This document shows, piece by piece, positions 45,677 to 56,386 of a DNA stretch of 64,000 nt. The notes beneath the pieces were generated by a model that ran no database searches, was not told where the DNA came from, and was given only the letters and a program-made list of their open reading frames with translations. Source of the stretch: an uncultured Candidatus Saccharibacteria bacterium (GTDB lineage: Bacteria > Patescibacteriota > Minisyncoccia > Phycocordibacterales > CAIZLB01). The translations under genes were made by a program, and so were the position numbers. The stretch is taken from NCBI GenBank assembly GCA_964467385.1, contig CAYXQC010000004.1, positions 9,429 to 73,428 of the forward strand, in the 5' to 3' direction. Within the stretch, counting starts at the first letter, position 1, and each line of letters opens with the position of its first letter.

Positions 45677-46054
45677 ATGCGAATACTAGGTATCACAATT
45701 CCAGACAATCGACGACTCGAAATGGCCCTCACAGCACTTTATGGTATTGGCCGACCACGAGCGAAAAAAATCCTTCTCGAAGCTGGTGTAGACTTTGGTA
45801 AGACGACTGCTGATATTTCTGCTGACGAAGAAAACAAGATTCGACAGATTGTTGAGTCATTTAAGCTCGAAGCTGATCTTAAGCGAGAGATCGGATCAAA
45901 CATTAAGCGACTCAAAGATATTAAGTCATACCGAGGTTCTCGACATGCTCGGCGACTTCCTGCGCGAGGACAGCGAACAAAGACAAATGCTCGTACCTTG
46001 AAAGGTGTAAAGAAGACTATGGGTTCTGGAAAGAAAAAGGAGTCTAAGAAGTAG
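45677..46054 (+). CDS. rpsM: 30S ribosomal protein S13
   Basis: ALTALYGIG, YRGSRH, RGQRTKTNAR. Confidence 0.98.
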   Translation: MRILGITIPDNRRLEMALTALYGIGRPRAKKILLEAGVDFGKTTADISADEENKIRQIVESFKLEADLKREIGSNIKRLKDIKSYRGSRHARRLPARGQRTKTNARTLKGVKKTMGSGKKKESKK

Positions 46055-46105
46055 TTCTAGATAGTTATATTTATTAATAAACCAACAACAGATAACAATA
46101 AAGCC

Positions 46106-46531
46106 ATGGGTAAGAAACGAATCGTAAAAACAGCAGGTGAAGGTGAAACAGCGGCAAAGGCTACATCTTCGTCATCAAAGAAGAAAGTAGATGCTGGTAT
46201 TCTTCATGTTCAGTCTACATACAACAACACAAAGCTTATCCTTACAGATACAAAGGGTAATGCTGTTGCATGGTCATCATCTGGTTCTCTTGGATTCAAG
46301 GGTGCAAAGAAGGGTACTCCTTTTGCAGCTGCTAAGATTGGCGAAGTTCTTGCTGACAAAGCACTTGCTATGGGTATGAAGGAAGTTTCTGTTGTTATCA
46401 AAGGTGTAGGTTCTGGCCGAGAATCAGCTGTTCGATCTTTTATTACAAAAGGTTTGAGTATTGCTGGTATCAAAGACCAGACTCCAGTTCCTCACAACGG
46501 TCCTAAGCCGCCTAAACCACGACGAGTATAG
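46106..46531 (+). CDS. rpsK: 30S ribosomal protein S11
   Basis: STYNNT, TPFAA, TPVPHNG. Confidence 0.98.
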   Translation: MGKKRIVKTAGEGETAAKATSSSSKKKVDAGILHVQSTYNNTKLILTDTKGNAVAWSSSGSLGFKGAKKGTPFAAAKIGEVLADKALAMGMKEVSVVIKGVGSGRESAVRSFITKGLSIAGIKDQTPVPHNGPKPPKPRRV

Positions 46532-46583
46532 TCCATATTATTAACTGCATATCGCAAACTGCAAATCAAACACCAAAAATACC

Positions 46584-47186
46584 ATGAAACTAGGTCCAAA
46601 ATTCAAAATCGCACGACGACTCGGTGCACCAATCTTCGAAAAAACTCAAACTGCAAAGTTTAAGGCTACTATTGGTGAAAAGAAAGGTAAGAAGCCAGCT
46701 TCAAAGAGCGATTTCGCACGACAGTTGATCGAGAAGCAGAAGATGCGATTCACATATGGTGTATCTGAAAAGCAATTCGCTGGATATGCAAAGAAGGTGA
46801 TTGCTTCAGGTAGCCACACTCCAGCTTCAGATCTTTTCATCAAGCTTGAAACTCGACTCGACAACGTTGTATACCGACTCGGTCTTACAACTACTCGACA
46901 ATTTGCACGACAGGTTGTTTCTCATGGTCATATTCTTGTAAATGGACGAAAACTAAATATTCCTTCATATGAAGTTAAGCCTGGAGACCTTATCGAAATC
47001 CGACAGGGTAGCAAAACTAATGGTATTTTTAAAGAATTTGAAGAAAAAATAAAAACTATCGAAACTCCTACATGGCTCACTTGGAACATTGAACGAAAGC
47101 AGGGATCAGCACTCAGATTACCGACTACCGAAGGTCAGGAACTTCTGTTCGACTTAAGCGCAGTATTGGAGTATTACAAGCGATAG
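46584..47186 (+). CDS. rpsD: 30S ribosomal protein S4
   Basis: EKQK, LETRLDNVVYRLG, VSHGHILVNG. Confidence 0.98.
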   Translation: MKLGPKFKIARRLGAPIFEKTQTAKFKATIGEKKGKKPASKSDFARQLIEKQKMRFTYGVSEKQFAGYAKKVIASGSHTPASDLFIKLETRLDNVVYRLGLTTTRQFARQVVSHGHILVNGRKLNIPSYEVKPGDLIEIRQGSKTNGIFKEFEEKIKTIETPTWLTWNIERKQGSALRLPTTEGQELLFDLSAVLEYYKR

Positions 47187-47243
47187 TATTTTATTAATAA
47201 TAGTTCACTTTTAATTTTAAATTAAATTTTTAACAACAACGCC

Positions 47244-48215
47244 ATGTCTGAAACACAAATCGTACTTCCATCAAAGCCAAAAGCAGTAGAAGAAACATCT
47301 AACTACGGCCATTATGAAATTGACGGTCTTTACCCTGGATATGGCCATACACTCGGTAATTCACTCCGAAGAATCGCTCTTTCATCACTTCCTGGAGCAG
47401 CTGTTACAAGTGTAAAAATCGAAGGTGTAAACCACGAATTTTCAACTATCAAAGGCGTGAGAGAAGATGTGATCAACATCATTCTCAACCTCAAAAAAGT
47501 TCGATTTGCTATTTCAGGTGATGAGGCTCAGACAATCAACCTCAAGATCAAAGGTGTAAAAGAAGTTACAGCAAACGACTTTAAACTCCCAGGTCAGGTT
47601 ACTGTTTCTAACCCTGAAGCATACCTCTTCTCGATCACAGAAGCTTCAACAGAAGTTGAAATGGAAATCAAAGTTGAACGAGGTATTGGCTTTGTCACAA
47701 AAGAACTTATCCAAAAGGATCGAGTCGAAATCGGTAGTATTGCTCTTGATGCTGCATTTTCACCAATCACACTTGCAAACTACGATGTAGAACAAATGCG
47801 AGTAGGTGACCGAACAGACTTCAACAAACTTAAGTTTTATATCAAAACAGACGGCACGGTTTCTCCACGAGATGCATTTGAAAAGTCTATCGAGATTATG
47901 ATTACGCAACTCAAAGCTATCATCGGCTTTAAGGACTCAGAACCTGAAATCACTTCATCTTCTTCACATACTCCTTCAGCTGAGGAATCAGCAGAAAACA
48001 AAGAGGCTCTTGATGACGCACTTAAAACACGAATCGAGTCTATCGACCTATCACAGCGAACAGCCAACGCTCTTGTAAACGCCAATATCCGAACAGTAGG
48101 TGGCCTTATCCGAAAGCGAGAGAAGGATATTCTCGAACTTGACGGTCTAGGATCAAAAGGTGTTGAAGAAATCAAAGTAGCTCTCGAGACACTTGGCTTA
48201 TCTCTAAAATCATAG
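47244..48215 (+). CDS. rpoA: RNA polymerase alpha subunit
   Basis: GYGHTLGNSLRR, HEFSTI.GVREDV, C-terminal domain. Confidence 0.98.
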   Translation: MSETQIVLPSKPKAVEETSNYGHYEIDGLYPGYGHTLGNSLRRIALSSLPGAAVTSVKIEGVNHEFSTIKGVREDVINIILNLKKVRFAISGDEAQTINLKIKGVKEVTANDFKLPGQVTVSNPEAYLFSITEASTEVEMEIKVERGIGFVTKELIQKDRVEIGSIALDAAFSPITLANYDVEQMRVGDRTDFNKLKFYIKTDGTVSPRDAFEKSIEIMITQLKAIIGFKDSEPEITSSSSHTPSAEESAENKEALDDALKTRIESIDLSQRTANALVNANIRTVGGLIRKREKDILELDGLGSKGVEEIKVALETLGLSLKS

Positions 48216-48259
48216 TATTGTATAGGCCCATTATAAAAAGTTCAGATAAATAAAAAGCA

Positions 48260-48610
48260 ATGAGACACCATAACGCAAACAGAAAATTCGGACGAAAAAC
48301 AGACCAAAGAGCTGCGCTTTTGCGGTCTCTTGCTCGAGAACTTTTCCTCCATGGTAAAATCGTAACAACCGAGGCTAAGGCCAAGGAAGTTCGACCGTAT
48401 GCTGAAGAACTTATCACTATTGCACGAGAAGGTGATCTTTCAGCGACACGACTTGTTTCTGCGCGACTTGCAAACAATGTAATTGTTAAGAAACTTGTTA
48501 AAACTATCGCTCCTGCGTACAAAGACCGAAAAGGTGGATACACTCGAATTGTAAAACTCGAAAGACGACCTTCTGACGGCAGCAAGATGGCTGTTATCGA
48601 ACTTGTATAA
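48260..48610 (+). CDS. rplQ: 50S ribosomal protein L17
   Basis: MRHH, TTEAKAKE, GGYTRI. Confidence 0.98.
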   Translation: MRHHNANRKFGRKTDQRAALLRSLARELFLHGKIVTTEAKAKEVRPYAEELITIAREGDLSATRLVSARLANNVIVKKLVKTIAPAYKDRKGGYTRIVKLERRPSDGSKMAVIELV

Positions 48611-48643
48611 CATTCAACACATTAGCAGATTATCAAAATTACC

Positions 48644-48991
48644 ATGACTAAACACATCATAGACGCACAGAATAAAAAGATCGGACGAGTAGCTACAGAA
48701 GCTGCTATGATCCTTATGGGCAAAAACACTCCAGCTTTTGCAAAGAACGTGGTTGCTGATGTTAAGGTTGAAATCATCAATGCTGCTAAGGCTGAAATCA
48801 CTCAAAAGAAAAAGGATGGCAAATTCTACCTTACATACTCAGGTTATCCTGGAGGTCAGCGAAATGAAACTCTGGGCAAATTGATCGAGCGAAAGGGTAT
48901 TACAGAGGTGTTTAAACGAGCCGTAAAAGGTATGCTTCCTGACAACAAGCTTAAGACAAAGGTTCTTCTTAACCTTACTGTTACCGAATAA
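48644..48991 (+). CDS. rplM: 50S ribosomal protein L13 (short)
   Basis: IDA..GRVA, SGYPGG, AVKGMLP. Confidence 0.96.
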   Translation: MTKHIIDAQNKKIGRVATEAAMILMGKNTPAFAKNVVADVKVEIINAAKAEITQKKKDGKFYLTYSGYPGGQRNETLGKLIERKGITEVFKRAVKGMLPDNKLKTKVLLNLTVTE

Positions 48992-49026
48992 TAAAGCATT
49001 TTGCTCAAATAATATTTAATAAAATC

Positions 49027-49431
49027 ATGACAACTGAAACTAAAAAATACATAGAGGCAATCGGACGACGAAAGACATCTACAGCTCGAGTTCGAATCAC
49101 TCCTTCAACAAAGCAATCTATAAAGATCAATGACAAAGAACTCAATGAATACTTTAAGACTTCAGATCTTCAAGTTAAAGCTCTTGAAGCTGTTGCTAAG
49201 TCAGGTACAGAGCAGAAGTTTGCTATTACAGCTAAAATCGTAGGCGGAGGAACAAGCTCACAGTCAGAAGCACTCCGACACGGTATTGCACGAGCAATCG
49301 AAAAGTCAGAACCACACCTTCGGTCAAACCTTAAGAAGGAAGGTTTCCTTACACGAGATCAACGAACAAAAGAACGACGAAAGTTCGGTCTCAAGAAAGC
49401 TCGAAAAGCACCACAGTGGTCAAAACGATAG
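49027..49431 (+). CDS. rpsI: 30S ribosomal protein S9
   Basis: GRRK, GGG..Q, KARKAPQWSKR. Confidence 0.98.
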   Translation: MTTETKKYIEAIGRRKTSTARVRITPSTKQSIKINDKELNEYFKTSDLQVKALEAVAKSGTEQKFAITAKIVGGGTSSQSEALRHGIARAIEKSEPHLRSNLKKEGFLTRDQRTKERRKFGLKKARKAPQWSKR

Positions 49432-49532
49432 AAAAGGTGTACTGATCCTGCAAGGATGTAAGAAATTTTGTGAGCGACGACGAACAAAATATTCGTGACC
49501 AAACAACAATCGTAGAAGTCTATGCAGAATTC

Positions 49533-49560
49533 AAGACCTCTCAGAAATGGGAGGTTTTGT
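49533..49560 (+). terminator. Terminator after rpsI
   Basis: AAGACCTCTCA-GAAA-TGGGAGGTTTT. Confidence 0.75.
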
Positions 49561-49639
49561 ATTATTCGAAAAAAATAAATTATTAAAAATGTAAAAATAA
49601 AAAATCCACCGGAGAGTGCAGTTTGGCGAGCGTGAGAAC

Positions 49640-50054
49640 TCAAACCATATACATCTCCGGTGGAAACTCAGGTAGGTGGTGTTTAGCAACCAAAACCTCC
49701 TTTGTTAACTCCTTAGCTTGAGAAAAGCTGATCAGGCGAATTCCCAGCTCGTGCCCGTGGGGACTCAGTCGATTTTGCCTTGTGGCGATGAGTAAACCCT
49801 TTCGCGCCGGCGTATTAGAAACCGGGCAGTTGAGCATATGCTTTAGTAGGAGTTTGCACTTGTGACCTGTATAGGTGGTTCCATTGGGTTCCACCTGACA
49901 AATCAGGCAAAACAAGTGCTGTATACCTATCTTTTGTACCTGTGACCAAAGCAACCACATCGGGATGCTTTACGAGGGTGCTGAACACCAATCCGTCCTC
50001 GCGTGGCCGTGCGGCCTTCTTCGGACATCCGAAGGTGAATCTCAAATACCGCAC
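49640..50054 (-). pseudogene. Possibly frameshifted accessory gene (two overlapping minus-strand ORFs)
   Basis: Promoter TTGACA-N16-TACTAT on the minus strand (50088-50061); ORFs 49815-50054 and 49640-49960; higher GC than flanks. Confidence 0.35.
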
Positions 50055-50217
50055 ATGCGGATAGTATCACGCTTATATGGTTTGTCAATATTATCGTCTT
50101 TAATTAAAAATTAACTGAATCTGAGAAAATTGGCAGAAATGGCTCTATTTTTGAGAAAATTTTGATAGCCATTTAATGTTTGCAATTTATAATACTTTTC
50201 ATTAAAATATCACCACT

Positions 50218-50832
50218 ATGACAGACCAGAACACTCGCAAAAATCAAGAAATCGAGGAGCAGGACATCGAGCTTGAGCCTATAACGGGTAGCAATAAAGA
50301 TTCAGACATAGCCGATGATGTGGTAATAGATGAAGAGACAGAGATGGGTACACCAGCTGTTGTTAAAAATCTTCGTGAAAAGCTAAAAAAAGCTGTCGAG
50401 GAAAAACAAGAGTATCTAACGGGTTGGCAAAAAGACAAAGCTGAATTCATTAATGCTCGAAAACGAGACGAAGATGCAAAGCAAGAATTTCTAAAATTTG
50501 CTAAGCAGGGAATTATAGAAGATATTCTTCCTGTGCTTGATAGTTTTGATATGGCTATGGCAAATAAAGCTTCGTGGGAATCTATTTCAGCTGAATGGAG
50601 AGGTGGAGTAGAAGGAATTTACAATCAGCTTCTTGGTGTACTCACAAAACAAGGTGTTTCGTCATTTGGAGCAATAGGTGATGCGTTTGATCCAAATCTC
50701 CACCAATCTGTTTCAATGGTTCCAACTGAAGATAAATCTAAAGACCACACAGTGGCAAACGTCCTCCAGAAGGGTTACATACTTGGAGGAAAAGTCGTAC
50801 GACCTGCTATGGTTCAAGTGTTTGAGGCTTAA
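50218..50832 (+). CDS. grpE: Nucleotide exchange factor GrpE
   Basis: AEFINARKR, LPVLDSF, FDPNLH, QKGY..VRPAMV. Confidence 0.96.
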   Translation: MTDQNTRKNQEIEEQDIELEPITGSNKDSDIADDVVIDEETEMGTPAVVKNLREKLKKAVEEKQEYLTGWQKDKAEFINARKRDEDAKQEFLKFAKQGIIEDILPVLDSFDMAMANKASWESISAEWRGGVEGIYNQLLGVLTKQGVSSFGAIGDAFDPNLHQSVSMVPTEDKSKDHTVANVLQKGYILGGKVVRPAMVQVFEA

Positions 50833-50912
50833 ACTTGCGGATTTTCTTTAGAGTTTTATAATTAGGTTCTAAATAGGATTTTGACCTTAAAAAGTCCTAA
50901 AAACTATCAACC

Positions 50913-51365
50913 ATGCTCACAACAGACAAGATTTTAGCTCATAAAACACATGGAAAAAACCTGATTCTTCTTACTCAGGTTGAGTCTTCATATTTCTTCG
51001 TCGTGGCACAGGTGGTTGCTACAAAATCTATCTTTTCTCGAAAAAATAGTCGTGGTCAACTCAAAGCTATTTTCCAAAGACAACTTTCCGAGTCAGAAGC
51101 TTTCGCAATTTTCAATGAACTTACAGGTACACATACAACATCACACAACACAACACCTGAACCACTTTTGCTTTCAGATGATACAAAAGCTATAGAAACA
51201 ACTCTCTCAAACAATGAGGCTATTGTCTTACTCCTAGAAGGTAAAACAGAGAAAATTGAGATTGTACTCGAAAGTACCCAGCCACAGCCTGTCGTATCTC
51301 CATATTTCCCAACAAAGGAAATCTTTCTGTCAGTACAAAAAACTCGCGCACCGGCAATTGCTTAA
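50913..51365 (+). CDS. Hypothetical protein between grpE and dnaK
   Basis: 150-aa ORF, no family recognised. Confidence 0.6.
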   Translation: MLTTDKILAHKTHGKNLILLTQVESSYFFVVAQVVATKSIFSRKNSRGQLKAIFQRQLSESEAFAIFNELTGTHTTSHNTTPEPLLLSDDTKAIETTLSNNEAIVLLLEGKTEKIEIVLESTQPQPVVSPYFPTKEIFLSVQKTRAPAIA

Positions 51366-51528
51366 CTTTTAAGCATACGCTCATCTGCGTTTGCTTTCTA
51401 AAACATCCTCGACAGATTTTATCGGACTAAGAATTCTATTTATTCAAGTCAAATTATCCTAAATTATTCAATTATTAAATTAGTTAACTAACTCAGCGCG
51501 AAAGCGCACAAGTAAAACTACAAAACAT

Positions 51529-53448
51529 ATGGCAAAAATTATTGGTATCGATCTTGGTACAACAAACTCTGCAGTCGCAATTATGGAAGCAGGTGATCCG
51601 AAAATCCTCGAAAACGTAGAGGGTGCACGGACGACTCCTTCGATTGTAGCTGTATCAAAAAACAACGAACGACTTGTTGGACTTCTTGCAAAACGACAAT
51701 CTGTTACAAATCCAAAGAATACAGTGTACGGAATCAAACGATTCATTGGACACAGCTTCGACGAATCAGGTGTACAACAGGACAAAAAGACTGTCCCATA
51801 TGAAGTTGTAAAAGCAGACAATAATGGTGTTAAAGTTAAGCTTTCTGATAAGGATTATTCTCCTGAGGAAATTTCAGCTATGATTCTTACAAAGCTTAAG
51901 AATGATGCCGAAGCAAAGCTTGGTGAAAAAATCACAGAAGCTATTATCACTGTTCCTGCATACTTTAATGACGCACAACGACAGGCCACAAAGGATGCTG
52001 GAAAAATTGCAGGTCTTGATGTAAAGCGAATTATCAATGAACCGACAGCTGCAGCTCTTGCATACGGGTTCAACAAAAAGAAAGATGAGAAAGTAGCTGT
52101 GTTCGACTTTGGAGGAGGAACATTCGATATATCTATTCTTGAAGTGGGTGATGATGTGGTAGAAGTAAAATCTACTGACGGCGACCATCGACTCGGGGGA
52201 CGAGATATTGACTACAAAGTGTTGAACTGGATTGCTGATGAATTCAAGAAAGATCAAGGAATTGATGTGCGAGGTGATGCCCTTGCAATGCAGCGACTCG
52301 ACGAAGCTGCTGAAAAAGCAAAGATAGAACTTTCAACATCTATTGAAACTGAAATCAACATTCCATTCATCACATCTGATGCCTCAGGTCCTAAGCACCT
52401 TGTGATGAAACTTACTCGAGCAAAGCTTGATGAGATTGCTGATGAATTCGTTGAACGTGCAATGCAGATTACAAAGCGAGCTATCGAGGCTTCACCATTC
52501 AAGGTTGGAGAGATCAATGAAGTGATTCTTGTTGGTGGGCAGACACGAATGCCAAAGATTCAGAAAGCTGTAAAAGATTTCTTTGGTAAGGAACCAAACC
52601 AGAGTATCAACCCTGATGAGGTAGTAGCCCTTGGTGCTGCAATTCAAGGAGGTGTGATCTCAGGTGATGTAAAAGGCATTCTTCTTCTTGATGTGATTCC
52701 ACTTTCACTCGGTATCGAAACTATGGGTGGAGTTGCCACAAAACTCATTGAAAAGAATACAACTATTCCATCATCAAAGTCACAGGTATTCTCAACTGCA
52801 GCCGATAATCAAACATCTGTAGAAATTCACATTACTCAAGGTGAACGAGCTATGGCTGCAGACAACAAATCACTTGGACGATTTATCCTTGATGGAATTC
52901 CACCAGCTCCACGTGGTATGCCACAGGTTGAAGTAACATTCGATGTGGATGCAAACGGTATTCTTAGCGTAAAGGCGAAAGATAAAGCAACAGGCAAAGA
53001 ACAGTCTATTCGAATTGAAGCAAGTTCAGGCCTTTCAAAAGACGATATTGAGAAAATGAAGAAGGATGCTGAAACTCACGATGCTGAAGATAAGAAAAAG
53101 AAAGATGAGATCGAAGTGAAAAACACAGCTGATCATATTATTTACTCTGCCGAAAAAGCAGTGAAGGACAATAAAGATAAGGTTGGCGCAGATATTGTTT
53201 CTGGAGTTGAAGCTAAAATCACTGCAGCAAAAACTGCACGAGACGCATCACCTACAGACATTGAAACTATCAAGAAAGCCACAGAAGAACTTTCAACTGA
53301 AATGTCTAAGATTGGTGAAGCTATGAGTAAGGCTGGCAGCAATAGCACAGCAGGTGCTGACACAGGCGCTGGAGGAAACACAGATGGTTCAAGTACTGAC
53401 ACAGAAGCTGACTCTGGTGAAAAAGTAAGAGATGCTGAGACAAAATAA
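51529..53448 (+). CDS. dnaK: Chaperone DnaK
   Basis: [23 protein letters not shown]. Confidence 0.99.
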   Translation: MAKIIGIDLGTTNSAVAIMEAGDPKILENVEGARTTPSIVAVSKNNERLVGLLAKRQSVTNPKNTVYGIKRFIGHSFDESGVQQDKKTVPYEVVKADNNGVKVKLSDKDYSPEEISAMILTKLKNDAEAKLGEKITEAIITVPAYFNDAQRQATKDAGKIAGLDVKRIINEPTAAALAYGFNKKKDEKVAVFDFGGGTFDISILEVGDDVVEVKSTDGDHRLGGRDIDYKVLNWIADEFKKDQGIDVRGDALAMQRLDEAAEKAKIELSTSIETEINIPFITSDASGPKHLVMKLTRAKLDEIADEFVERAMQITKRAIEASPFKVGEINEVILVGGQTRMPKIQKAVKDFFGKEPNQSINPDEVVALGAAIQGGVISGDVKGILLLDVIPLSLGIETMGGVATKLIEKNTTIPSSKSQVFSTAADNQTSVEIHITQGERAMAADNKSLGRFILDGIPPAPRGMPQVEVTFDVDANGILSVKAKDKATGKEQSIRIEASSGLSKDDIEKMKKDAETHDAEDKKKKDEIEVKNTADHIIYSAEKAVKDNKDKVGADIVSGVEAKITAAKTARDASPTDIETIKKATEELSTEMSKIGEAMSKAGSNSTAGADTGAGGNTDGSSTDTEADSGEKVRDAETK

Positions 53449-53484
53449 TCAGTGAAATATTCAGTGCTGAAAATTAACTAACGT

Positions 53485-53545
53485 ATTTGTTCAGTTTCCG
53501 AGCGCAAAAAATTCGCGAAAATTGCGCTCGGTATATTGAGCAAAT
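53485..53545 (+). other. Intercistronic hairpin between dnaK and dnaJ
   Basis: ATTTGTTCAGT..CCGAGCGCAA / TTGCGCTCGG..ATTGAGCAAAT. Confidence 0.55.
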
Positions 53546-53575
53546 CTGATATCCCACTCAATCAAAATAAATTAT

Positions 53576-54769
53576 ATGTCAAAAGATTATTATAAAATTT
53601 TAGGAGTCGACAAAAGTGCAAGTAAAGACGAAATCAAAAAAGCATTTCGTAAAATGGCACATGAGCATCATCCAGACAAAACAGGCGGGGACGACAAAAA
53701 GTTTAAAGAAGTGAACGAAGCGTATTCAGTATTATCTGATGACAGTAAAAAAGCACAGTATGACCAATTCGGAAGTGAAGGGCCATCTGGATTTGGTGGT
53801 AGTACAGGTTATGGCAGCCAAGGAGGCTTCGGTGGTTTCGATTTTAGTGGATTCACTGGTGGACAAGGCTTTGGTGGTTTTGGAGGTGGTGATGGAGTAG
53901 AATTTGATTTGGGAGACATCTTCGGCAGTGTATTTGGTGGAGGAACACGTGGTGGTCGTGGAGGGAGGGTAAAAACACCCAAAGGTTCTGACATCTCAGT
54001 TGATTTAGAGATCTCATTTAAAGAATCAATCTTTGGGGCTGAAAAAGAGTTCTCACTACATCGAACAATGGAATGCTCACATTGCAAAGGTACTCGTGCT
54101 GAAGCAAAATCTAATGGAGACAAAGCTAGTGCTAGTGACTTTGATACATGTAAAACATGTGATGGCTCAGGTCAGATTATAGAAACACGAAGAAGTATGT
54201 TCGGTGCATTTCAATCTGCGCATCTTTGTGACACATGTGCCGGTACTGGAAAAATTCCAAAGCATAAATGTTCAATATGCAAAGGAAAGGGAATCGAGCA
54301 CAAAAAAGACACAATCACAGTTATTATTCCAGCTGGAATCGAAGCAAGTGAAATGCTTCGAGTTCATGGAAAAGGTGAAGCGGTAACTGGTGGTACAACT
54401 GGTGACCTTTATATCCGAGTACATATTCGTCACACTTCAAGCGATTCTCATATTGTCAAAAAAGGTACAAACTTGGAAATGGATCATACTATTAAACTTT
54501 CAGATGCACTTCTTGGCGGCGAAAGCGACATTGAAACACTTGATGGAGTAATAACGATGACAATTCCCCAAGGTATTACTCATGGTGAAATTCTTCGTGT
54601 TAAAAATAAAGGTGTACCATATGGCGCAGGTGCTAGCAACCCAAATACTTCAACCGCATCAAGCACAAAGCGTGGCGATTTAATGGTTCATATTAAAGTG
54701 AATATTCCATCAAAATTATCTAAAAATGCTAAAAAGTTGATTGAGGAATTAAAGAAAGAGGGGATTTAA
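53576..54769 (+). CDS. dnaJ: Chaperone DnaJ
   Basis: J domain HPD, G/F region, four CxxCxGxG-type repeats. Confidence 0.97.
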   Translation: MSKDYYKILGVDKSASKDEIKKAFRKMAHEHHPDKTGGDDKKFKEVNEAYSVLSDDSKKAQYDQFGSEGPSGFGGSTGYGSQGGFGGFDFSGFTGGQGFGGFGGGDGVEFDLGDIFGSVFGGGTRGGRGGRVKTPKGSDISVDLEISFKESIFGAEKEFSLHRTMECSHCKGTRAEAKSNGDKASASDFDTCKTCDGSGQIIETRRSMFGAFQSAHLCDTCAGTGKIPKHKCSICKGKGIEHKKDTITVIIPAGIEASEMLRVHGKGEAVTGGTTGDLYIRVHIRHTSSDSHIVKKGTNLEMDHTIKLSDALLGGESDIETLDGVITMTIPQGITHGEILRVKNKGVPYGAGASNPNTSTASSTKRGDLMVHIKVNIPSKLSKNAKKLIEELKKEGI

Positions 54770-54836
54770 AATAATTTTCCACAACTTTAGCTAAATGTAA
54801 CCGTGCGAGTATGTTTACTTGCTATACTACTAGCAT

Positions 54837-55316
54837 ATGATTTCATTTAACATCACGCTCGTTATCGTTATCGCAATTCTTACTGCACTTACTTTTTACA
54901 AAGGAAAAGGACTTTTGTTTTCACTTCTTGTGAGTTTTTATCCTGCTTCGATCATGTACGCTTCATTTCCATACAAAGCGAAGTTTTTATTCTCGACCGC
55001 TTCGGCACAAAACACCTTTTACTCACATTTAGGAATATTCGCAGTTTTCTTTATTCTTTCATTTCTCGTAGCTCGAAGAATTGTCCATTCAGATGGTACA
55101 CGAGGTGGTTTTATTGGTTTTCTTGATGCACTTCTCCTTTCTGCATCAGTTGTAGTCCTTACAGTTGCACTCACATTCCATATTCTCCCGTATAGAGATA
55201 TTTATAGTCTCGGTGCACAGTTCCAAAACTTCTTCAGTGGATCTCTTGGATATTTCGTATCGATTATTTCACCAATGGCAGTTTTGTATTACATGACAGG
55301 TAGAAATTATTACTAA
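54837..55316 (+). CDS. Small polytopic membrane protein
   Basis: 4-5 TM segments. Confidence 0.75.
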   Translation: MISFNITLVIVIAILTALTFYKGKGLLFSLLVSFYPASIMYASFPYKAKFLFSTASAQNTFYSHLGIFAVFFILSFLVARRIVHSDGTRGGFIGFLDALLLSASVVVLTVALTFHILPYRDIYSLGAQFQNFFSGSLGYFVSIISPMAVLYYMTGRNYY

Positions 55317-55517
55317 AAAATTCCATAAATTCAGCAATTTTCATATACCTGTGTTCAGAATTTTCGCAAAACGGACCGTGATACGCGATACAGAACAGTA
55401 TAAATTGCCCCTTCGCCATAAATCCTGTATAATTGAACTACTTTGGTATTTCGCTACCACTTCATTGCGCAATGCGATGCATTAGCATTCCATTGACCGA
55501 AACCATAGAAACTAAAC

Positions 55518-56306
55518 ATGTCAGAAACACCAATTCAAAATCAAAATCTCTCCCAGATAGGGAGTAGTGTTGCTGTAAATTATCCAAAGCCGGAACTTCT
55601 CGCCGACGATTCTAAAGGAGTCGTCATTTTTTTAAACGAAAGTCTCGATATTGTACGGAGAAATATAGCGGATTTTCTGTCTCATTGGACATCACGTATT
55701 GTCCAAAACATCGGGACTATCTTTTTCAGGATTTTATTTCATTCTTTTTTTAAGATGCAGATTAAAGGTGCGAAATGGATGCGTCGAGCTCATGGACCAG
55801 CACTAATCGTTTCAAATCACATCGCACCTTATGATAGTTTTATGTTCCATCTCTTCTTCCGAATCGGATCACCGCTTTTGCCACTTCGATTCATGGGAGT
55901 CCTGAAGTTCAGTGCACCATTTCTAAATTTCCTCAGCAGAATTGGTATCGTACAAGTTATTTACTTATTGTTTGGCGTATTCGTAATCATCCAAGGTGAA
56001 GGAGTTGAAAAAGCATTGGTAAATGCTCGAAGAATTTTGAAGCAGGGCGGTACGGTAGTGATTTTCCCAGAAGGTAAAATGTCTCGAAATGGTCAGATTG
56101 GGGAGTTCAAGAAAGGCGCAGCAATACTCGCAAAAGAGACAGGTGTACAAGTTATCCCGGTATCCGTAAAGAAAACCAAGCGAGCGGTCCGAAATCTTAT
56201 AAACATAAATGTAGGTAAACCGTTTGCTATAGAAAAATCGATGAGCACCGAAGATGCAATACAAAAGATGCGTGATACTGTCCTAAATCTGCACTTATTA
56301 AATTAA
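55518..56306 (+). CDS. Lysophospholipid (PlsC-family) acyltransferase
   Basis: NHIAPYD (HxxxxD), IFPEGK, FKKGAA. Confidence 0.88.
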   Translation: MSETPIQNQNLSQIGSSVAVNYPKPELLADDSKGVVIFLNESLDIVRRNIADFLSHWTSRIVQNIGTIFFRILFHSFFKMQIKGAKWMRRAHGPALIVSNHIAPYDSFMFHLFFRIGSPLLPLRFMGVLKFSAPFLNFLSRIGIVQVIYLLFGVFVIIQGEGVEKALVNARRILKQGGTVVIFPEGKMSRNGQIGEFKKGAAILAKETGVQVIPVSVKKTKRAVRNLININVGKPFAIEKSMSTEDAIQKMRDTVLNLHLLN

Positions 56307-56386
56307 AATTAGTTCTAAAAAACACTCTAGCTGTAAGAATTAGAGTATTAAAGATTAATAAAATATAAATAAAAAATCTAAAATTC

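Noticed and set aside
54775-54783. DnaA box TTTTCCACA as a sign of oriC
   Set aside because: Single box in a short spacer, with no cluster and no dnaA nearby.
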